Source of the DNA: Candidatus Marinacidobacterium sp.
GTDB taxonomy: Bacteria; Acidobacteriota; Vicinamibacteria; Marinacidobacterales; Marinacidobacteraceae
Length of the DNA stretch: 64,000 bases
NCBI GenBank assembly: GCA_965262645.1
Contig: CBDHFO010000010.1
Coordinates: forward strand, 418-64,417
Direction of reading: 5' to 3'
A model generated the notes under the pieces. It was not told the DNA's origin. It searched no databases and was given only the letters and a program-made list of their open reading frames with translations. Below, in pieces: positions 57,708 through 64,000 of this stretch. Every line of letters begins with the position of its first letter. Position 1 is the first letter of the stretch. Position numbers and translations under genes: made by a program.

Positions 57708-58535
57708 CTATAGTGTGGTACGGCAGTACGCACCCATTCCATCAACGATCCTATCCATTGTGTCCAGGCAATACTCGACGAATTCACTTGACATGTAGAA
57801 GATCCATGGGGTGCCGCCGGACTCCGCTTTCGAAAACCAACCCGTCCAGTTGTTGTGACCCATTTGTTTACCGAAGCGTCTCCGCGCTTCAGGGGGCCAT
57901 TCCAAGCCACCGTGAAACATCTTGTTCCGATAGGCGAACAGCGCTGACAGTGTTTGCTCTAGATCACTAGGCAAATGCGGCGTCACGTCGAGAGCATCGG
58001 CCATTTGCATTATGCCCTTGACCACATCCTTGCTGTAGCGTTTGCCCTTCAAGACAAAGCGACAGTCCCATTGGTTTTTGTTCGCGTGTTGCCATCGTTC
58101 GTGCTTGGTTGGTGGCGAATCGTTATGCCCTATCTCGCGTTCGATGTATCGGAATAGTTGAACAAACACGGACTCGGTGAACGGAGCGATGAGGCCCACC
58201 GCGGCCATGCTGTGCACGGCGTCCATGTACACACTATCGTGCAAGTGATCGATCCAATCGTCAATAGCGCGTTCACTGCCATGCTCGCGCGCCGCTTCCC
58301 CGAGCGCATGGACTGTACGCAAGGCCTCTGCTTCTTGCTCAAGGTTACGCGTCAACAGCGCACGCATGGCGAGCAGTTGCGACTCATAGTCCAGAACATG
58401 GGGGTCTTCCGCATCCGCTGGGATAAGGAGCATTCCCAGAGCTAGGTCGCGGTCGGATACCTCTTCCATCCCCATACCCGGGGGGATGTCCAAGCCCCCC
58501 AAGGGGTCTGAGGCGGAGGTCCGATTGCGTGTCAT
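57708..58535 (-). CDS. HEPN-motif protein (candidate RNase effector)
   Basis: Alpha-helical; FTES near the middle and YRNKMFHG (Rx4H). Confidence 0.7.
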   Translation of the reverse strand: MTRNRTSASDPLGGLDIPPGMGMEEVSDRDLALGMLLIPADAEDPHVLDYESQLLAMRALLTRNLEQEAEALRTVHALGEAAREHGSERAIDDWIDHLHDSVYMDAVHSMAAVGLIAPFTESVFVQLFRYIEREIGHNDSPPTKHERWQHANKNQWDCRFVLKGKRYSKDVVKGIMQMADALDVTPHLPSDLEQTLSALFAYRNKMFHGGLEWPPEARRRFGKQMGHNNWTGWFSKAESGGTPWIFYMSSEFVEYCLDTMDRIVDGMGAYCRTTL

Positions 58536-58580
58536 GGTTGCCCTCTCAAGTCTTGTGAAAGGGAGGTGAGGAAGCAGCGG

Positions 58581-60728
58581 CTACTCGTCCGGCCCCTCCA
58601 GCTGCTTCAGGATCGCCGCGAGCTTATCCCTCGTTCGCTCGATCCACGCTTCCAAGGCGTCCCACTCTCCGTCGTCTTCGGGATCCCAACCCTTGCGGAC
58701 AGCCATGGTAAATCCGCTCTTCGCATTGCGCTGGACGTACTTGTCGGAAGAATCGATGCGCTCGTCCCTAAGCTGGCTTTCAATCCGCCTCGACGCGCTG
58801 ATCATCCTCGATGTCCGCGCTTCACTGGGCTCACTATCGGTTCGGCCGTACATCCATAGGTAACCTGCGTTGCCGAGGTAGATTGCGACCCCATCGCCGA
58901 ACTTGTTGAACGGAGCTGTCCACCGGGTCACACCGGCACCACCGGTCCAGAGAGGGCTGCGTCGCAACTTCCGAAGCCTCTCATTCGGCTCCATGGGTCC
59001 GTGCTCCCACGGCCACACCCGGATGGCCCGCTCCGCCAAGTCCTTGGATCTGCGCACCAACGTAGCTTCGTCCCAATTTGTCTGTTCACCCAGACCCCTG
59101 GTCAATCCTATCGGGCTCTTCCGGTACCATTCCTTCTTCTCGTTGAACGGCCGGTATTCCCCCGGCGCACCGTCGACACCGCCGACCACGGCCAGGTTGG
59201 CGAGCCGGTAGCGCCATGCCACATGTACTTCGTCGGCGTCCGGTCCAATTGATTCGCGCCAGGCGTCAGTAAGCCGCATCGGCATCACCCGTTGGGTCCA
59301 AAGACCGTCACGGCTCGGTGCTTCGTCCTCATCTTCGGCCTCCATCAGCGCGCATAGCACCGCCAGGCGCGCTCTCTTGCCAAAGTACACGCCCCGAGTG
59401 CGGATCCCGTAGGCGACATCCTCATCGCGGGGTACGCCCACATCTTGCCGACGTAGCCCGCGGATGCGGTTGATCCAATGGTCGGAGTAGACCTCGGGAT
59501 TGACGGGGTCTCGGGCGGCAAGGCGCGCAAACGCGGTGTTGAGTCCAGCGGTTTGATTGGCGAGCCACAGGCGGGTGATCCAGATGCTGACCGCTTCAAA
59601 CACCCTTGCGGTTTGCTCAACGGTCGAAACCGCATCCCCGTCGGGACTCAGCTCATATAGCAGGCGCAGAGTGAATGGTCGGTGAGTGTCGATGCCCATC
59701 GCCCGCAGGTGCTGGAGCGGGGACTCGATCGCGTCCTCCGGGTGTCGTCCGGCGGTGCCGGTGAGCATCCCATAGAGACGGGCGAGGCGCGCAAGTTCGC
59801 GGAACAGTTTCTGGCGACGCTTCCGCTCGTCCCACCCCTCCATGATGGCCCACCGGCGGAATACCTCGTAGGTCTGCTCGATCGCTCGAATCTTGCCGGT
59901 GCGCCAACGCATGAGGTCGCGCAGGAAGACATCAATCGGCCGCGAGGAATGGTGGGCGGAAAGCGCCTTCTCGATGTCCAGCCAATACTGCTCGTACATC
60001 TCCTGCTGCACAGAGTCGGGGAGGCCCATGAGCAGCCAGTTCTTGACCTTCTCACTCTCGGTCAGGGGCAACCCGGTGGCGTTCAGGCTCTCGAATATCT
60101 GCTGGGGATCGTCGTTCGCACCCACCCCCAGACTGACGACCCGAAAGCGCTCGAGTCCGGTCATCAGCTTGTCGGGACCGTAGCGACCGACCAGGTCGCG
60201 AACCGCGCGCCAAGCATTTGTGACCGCTCCATCGCCGTCCGGCTTGCCCCGCAGAATACGGACATATTCCTCCTCATCGCCGATTTGAAGGCGAAGTTTC
60301 CGTCGCTTCTTGGACCGCTCCACTCTCGGGTTCCTCAGCAGATCGCCGATGTCTTGCCGGGTCCACTCGCCGTACCGGTCACCATCGCCCATCGAGCCGG
60401 CGATGCAGGCGAGCAAGAGGCTCACCGTAGTCAACCGCTGCTGACCGTCCACAACGCGCTCCGTCGTGGGCACACCAGGGGGCTGTCCCGGCGGGCAGAA
60501 AGTGATCAGCGATCCGCCGTAGTGAGCTCTCTCCGGGTCGGCGGCGTCGGAGATCGACACCAAGTCCTCGATCAGCCGCCTAACGTCCGCCTCGCCCCAG
60601 CAGTAGCGACGTTGCCACTTGGGAACGTGGTACTGGACCTTACCGTCGAACAGGTCGAGGAATCCTACTTCGTCGGCTTGCACCCGAGTTGTCGCTCCCC
60701 TTGGTGCCCGGTTAGCCTTGTCGGGCAC
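58581..60728 (-). CDS. GmrSD-like protein (DUF262 + degenerate DUF1524) with C-terminal extension
   Basis: VPKWQRRYCW, VVDGQQRLTT, IFESLNATG; the EH motif is replaced by TQRVMP. Confidence 0.88.
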   Translation of the reverse strand: MPDKANRAPRGATTRVQADEVGFLDLFDGKVQYHVPKWQRRYCWGEADVRRLIEDLVSISDAADPERAHYGGSLITFCPPGQPPGVPTTERVVDGQQRLTTVSLLLACIAGSMGDGDRYGEWTRQDIGDLLRNPRVERSKKRRKLRLQIGDEEEYVRILRGKPDGDGAVTNAWRAVRDLVGRYGPDKLMTGLERFRVVSLGVGANDDPQQIFESLNATGLPLTESEKVKNWLLMGLPDSVQQEMYEQYWLDIEKALSAHHSSRPIDVFLRDLMRWRTGKIRAIEQTYEVFRRWAIMEGWDERKRRQKLFRELARLARLYGMLTGTAGRHPEDAIESPLQHLRAMGIDTHRPFTLRLLYELSPDGDAVSTVEQTARVFEAVSIWITRLWLANQTAGLNTAFARLAARDPVNPEVYSDHWINRIRGLRRQDVGVPRDEDVAYGIRTRGVYFGKRARLAVLCALMEAEDEDEAPSRDGLWTQRVMPMRLTDAWRESIGPDADEVHVAWRYRLANLAVVGGVDGAPGEYRPFNEKKEWYRKSPIGLTRGLGEQTNWDEATLVRRSKDLAERAIRVWPWEHGPMEPNERLRKLRRSPLWTGGAGVTRWTAPFNKFGDGVAIYLGNAGYLWMYGRTDSEPSEARTSRMISASRRIESQLRDERIDSSDKYVQRNAKSGFTMAVRKGWDPEDDGEWDALEAWIERTRDKLAAILKQLEGPDE

Positions 60729-60782
60729 CCGAGCAGTATCACTTGGCTGATCACTATAGTACTATTCTGAAAACGCCCACCG

Positions 60783-62483
60783 TTACGAACCGCTGGTCCA
60801 AGGCCACAGGCGTAGCGCCTTCTGCGCCAACTCGTCTGCGCGCCGCTTGATGGCGGCATCGTCCCACTTGGGGAGGTCGGCGAGTCGCCGGGTCATGAGT
60901 ACCGAGCTTTTCTGGTAGGTCTTCTTTTTCTTCTCGAACGAATGGTTGCTCAACGTAGACCCCCAGCTTGGGCCGCAGAGAGTCAGATTCCCGAGTCGGT
61001 GGATGTGCTGCTCGTAGATCTTGTCCGCCCGCTCGCCCAGATCCCTGCGCCAGTCCTGGTTCAGTGTCTGCGGCATGATGTGTTCAACTGTGAGACGGTC
61101 ACATGGCGGGGCTTCCCCGCGTTGCTCCCGATGCATGATCGCACACAGCACGGCTCTTGTGACCCCCGTGTCCCTTCCCCCGTATTTGGATGTCAGCCGG
61201 ACTCCCTCGCTCACCTCAGAGTCGCTTGGCACGGCGATGCGTTCGTCGCGGATTCCGGTCATCCGCCCAATCCAGAACTGGGCGCGGTCCGGTTCGCCAG
61301 CGGGGGCGCTCGCGTGGGCCAGTTCGGCGAACGCCTTTCCCAGACCGGTGAACGAGCGGCCAGCAAGCCAAGCTCGGGTGATCCAGCTGCTTACTGCGCG
61401 GAGGGTGGGGACGAGCCATGTCGCCTCTGGATCACGTTCTTCTCCCCGATGCGCGTCCCAGAGAAGGCGCAGGGTGAACGGGCGGTGGGCATGGATCCCG
61501 ATCGCACGCAGGTGGCGCAACTCCCGCTTGACAGCGCCGGACGGCTGCTTGGTGGCAGTACCAGTCAGTTGACCGTACAGGGCTGCCAGACTCGCGAGCT
61601 CGCTACACAGTTCGGGACGGCGTTTCGGGTCGTCGCGCCCCTCAAGAATCGCCCATCTTCGGAATTCGTCGTAGGTCCGGTTATGCGCAACCAGCCTGCC
61701 GGTGCGCCACCGCATCACGTCGCGCAGGAACACGTCGATCCGGGCCGCATCACGACGTGCGTCCAGTGCGCTCTCAATGTCCAGCCAATGCTCGTCATGT
61801 AGCTCATTCTGGACTTCCTCTGATAGGCCCATCAGAAGCCAGTTCTTGACCTTCTCACCCTCGGTCAGCGGCTTGCCGGTGGCGTTCAGGCTCTCGAATA
61901 TCTGCTGCGCGTCGTCACGGGCTTCCAGTCCGATGGTGATCACGCGCAGACGATGGAGTCCCTTGATCAGCGACTCGACGTTGCCGGGGTCCACGTTTCG
62001 CCTCACGATCCGCCATGCCCTGGCCACGGCCCCGTCACCGGATTTGGGAGAGTCGCGCTCGATGATCCGGCGGTACTCCTCTTCGTCACCGTCCTGCAGC
62101 CGGAGCTTGCGCCGTCTATCTTCCTGCCTCTTCGGATTGGTGAGCAGGTCAAGCCTGATGCCTTGGCTGGTCAACTCCCCGCACTTGCCGTCGCTGCCCA
62201 GAGTCTCTGCGATGCAAGCGAGCAGTATGCTCACGGTGGTGAGGCGCTGCTGGCCATCAACGACGCGATGGACCTTCACTACGCCGGAGCGCTCCAGTAT
62301 CGTAATCATGGTACCGCTGTAGTGAGGTCGTGCCTGGTTCTCGGCGTCCGCGATCGCCAGCATGTCGTCCAACAGGCGACGAATCTCCGTCTCTCCCCAC
62401 CGATAGCGGCGCTGCCACCTTGGCACGAGGTACTGGACCTGCTGGTTAAAGAGGTCGAGGAAGCGGATTGCCTTTGCCTTCAT
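60783..62483 (-). CDS. GmrSD-like type IV restriction protein (DUF262 + DUF1524)
   Basis: VPRWQRRYRW, VVDGQQRLTT, IFESLNATG, TVEHIMPQ...LGNLTL. Confidence 0.92.
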   Translation of the reverse strand: MKAKAIRFLDLFNQQVQYLVPRWQRRYRWGETEIRRLLDDMLAIADAENQARPHYSGTMITILERSGVVKVHRVVDGQQRLTTVSILLACIAETLGSDGKCGELTSQGIRLDLLTNPKRQEDRRRKLRLQDGDEEEYRRIIERDSPKSGDGAVARAWRIVRRNVDPGNVESLIKGLHRLRVITIGLEARDDAQQIFESLNATGKPLTEGEKVKNWLLMGLSEEVQNELHDEHWLDIESALDARRDAARIDVFLRDVMRWRTGRLVAHNRTYDEFRRWAILEGRDDPKRRPELCSELASLAALYGQLTGTATKQPSGAVKRELRHLRAIGIHAHRPFTLRLLWDAHRGEERDPEATWLVPTLRAVSSWITRAWLAGRSFTGLGKAFAELAHASAPAGEPDRAQFWIGRMTGIRDERIAVPSDSEVSEGVRLTSKYGGRDTGVTRAVLCAIMHREQRGEAPPCDRLTVEHIMPQTLNQDWRRDLGERADKIYEQHIHRLGNLTLCGPSWGSTLSNHSFEKKKKTYQKSSVLMTRRLADLPKWDDAAIKRRADELAQKALRLWPWTSGS

Positions 62484-63132
62484 GGTGGGTGTGCGAGTCG
62501 CTCCTCGTCCGTGGCTGCTTGCCCGGGCGGTGTGGAGCTCTTGGCCAGTGACAGGTTGGTGTCCACCGCTGCACGAGGCCGATCCGCACCGGGAAGATGT
62601 GGAATACTAGCTTCGGTCGGATTCGGCACAAAGTCAAGCGCCGACTGAGGATTGGGCCCGCTGGGCGCCCCGCCCTCCGGTTCTGTTGTTCATGGAGGGA
62701 AGCAAGCGCCCCGGAAAACCATCGCGGTTTCTCCGGATGGGGTCGCGTGGCCGGCGCCGGCCATCCTGAGCTATGTTGAGTACCCGTTACCGAGGCCGAC
62801 CCGACCGCCGAGCCATATGCTTCCAGCGGAAACAAGCGTCGGCCAGCCCGCACAGCTCCCTCCAGCGGCTTCGAAAGCGGCAACCGGGCTGCAAGAGCCA
62901 TGCCGCGCAACCAAAACCTGCCTCCGGAACCGCACTCGCTTTGGGAGTTAGACATGGCTCGTGAGTTCGACCGGGACCAACTGGTGGAGGAGGAAGGCAT
63001 TCTTCGCGGAAAGGAAGGAAGCCGAGGAGGAGCGATCTCCTTGACACGCCCTCCGCCCCCGCCATCTTGCCTTGGGTGGCGGACGGTGCATCGGGCGAGC
63101 ACGGAAGTGACCCGCGATCTAATCATGGAAGG

Positions 63133-63330
63133 ATGAGAGAGATGATTCGAGCGCTGGAGGTCCAGGCACGTGAGGGGCGAAAGATCTGGCTCGGGTACTC
63201 TGACGGATCTGCGGGGGAAGTCGATCTGTCGGACCTCTCGGGCCGGGGCGTGGGACTACGTTGGCTTTTCGAAGGTGTCCATGTCGCTCCACACGGTGCG
63301 GTCGCGTGGAACGCCGAGATCGAGAGATAA
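63133..63330 (+). pseudogene. DUF2442-like antitoxin remnant
   Basis: IWLGYSDGSAGEVDLS...VAWNAEIE; shorter than typical. Confidence 0.65.
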
Positions 63331-63375
63331 TGACACTTAGAGATGGCTCCACACCATTGCAACCCGAGGTGCGCG

Positions 63376-64000
63376 ATGAGGGTGTTTGACAAGATCGAAC
63401 AGCTGGCCAGAAAAGCACTTAGAGGCGGTTACATATTCCGCGGCGAGCCGAAGTGCTACCCGCTGGTGTCCTCCAGCCTGCGCCGCGAGTTCCCGGACAT
63501 CGCGCATCAGCATTTTCATTTAGATACGGTACAGGACGAGATGTTAGACGCGGTGAAGGACTTCGTGGCCGACGGCGACAAGGAAGAGCTTCTGTCGCAA
63601 CTACAACACTACGGCTACAGCACGAATCTGATCGACTTCACCACGGACTACCTCATCGCGCTGTTCTTCGCATGCGACGGCCATGTGGAGCACGACGGGA
63701 GGGTCGTCCTGTTGACGCAGTCCGACCATCCCACATTCAAGCCTAAGCATCCGGATAACCGTGTGATCGCGCAGAAGAGCGTTTTCGTCACTCCTCTGGA
63801 CGGCGTTGTCGAGCCAAGCGACATCGTCGTCATACCGAGTAACCTCAAGCACGCGATCTTGGGCTATCTCGACGCGTGCCACGGCATCACTACCGCGACG
63901 GTCTACAACGACCTCCACGGATTCATGCGCCACCATAAGGTCCACCGAAGCGCGTACGCAGAGTTCTACGCCGGCATCACCCATCAGCTCGATGGCAACA
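63376..64000 (+). CDS. FRG-domain protein; runs off the right edge
   Basis: YIFRGE, LQHYGYSTNLIDFTTDYLIALFFAC, NRVIAQKSVF. Not in the supplied ORF list because no stop lies in the window. Confidence 0.9.
   Translation, partial: MRVFDKIEQLARKALRGGYIFRGEPKCYPLVSSSLRREFPDIAHQHFHLDTVQDEMLDAVKDFVADGDKEELLSQLQHYGYSTNLIDFTTDYLIALFFACDGHVEHDGRVVLLTQSDHPTFKPKHPDNRVIAQKSVFVTPLDGVVEPSDIVVIPSNLKHAILGYLDACHGITTATVYNDLHGFMRHHKVHRSAYAEFYAGITHQLDGN

Noticed and set aside
60729-60785. Two GmrSD ORFs in the same frame, possible readthrough fusion
   Set aside because: The junction contains two stops (TAA and TAG), so separate genes are more likely.

Overview
This GC-rich 64-kb accessory region has no housekeeping, rRNA or tRNA genes and no CRISPR array. 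Its ankyrin, plant-type LRR and FG-GAP/Ig surface proteins and heavy IS load suggest a host-associated bacterium, possibly a sponge-symbiont Gemmatimonadota (inference only). (1) 1-15 kb is a nested set of tyrosine-integrase elements. A 9.18-kb element (5389-14581, 9-bp direct repeat GCCTACCCC) has integrated beside the nic site of a ColE1-like oriT and split it in two. A 3.57-kb P4-like-integrase element (595-4180, 13-bp direct repeat) sits just upstream of a related integrase gene. ColE1/MOB-HEN-like oriT modules, mobC remnants and a conserved, covarying structured non-coding block recur. (2) 16-55 kb is an IS graveyard: IS1182, IS1380, IS21, IS256, ISNCY-like and IS110/IS1111 elements, a truncated group II intron, an ORF-less group II intron, and interrupted adhesin/LRR genes. 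Three IS110-family elements have directly readable bridge/seek-RNA guides. One matches the terminal IR of an ISNCY-like element. One matches a conserved motif of the oriT module. A dead paralogue has a reprogrammed target loop but sits in its sister's target, suggesting mobilisation in trans. (3) 47.7-64 kb is a defence-island-like cluster: GIY-YIG, DUF4062, ClpP-like, HEPN-motif protein, tandem GmrSD, DUF2442 remnant and FRG. All family assignments are by eye from motifs; no database search was run.
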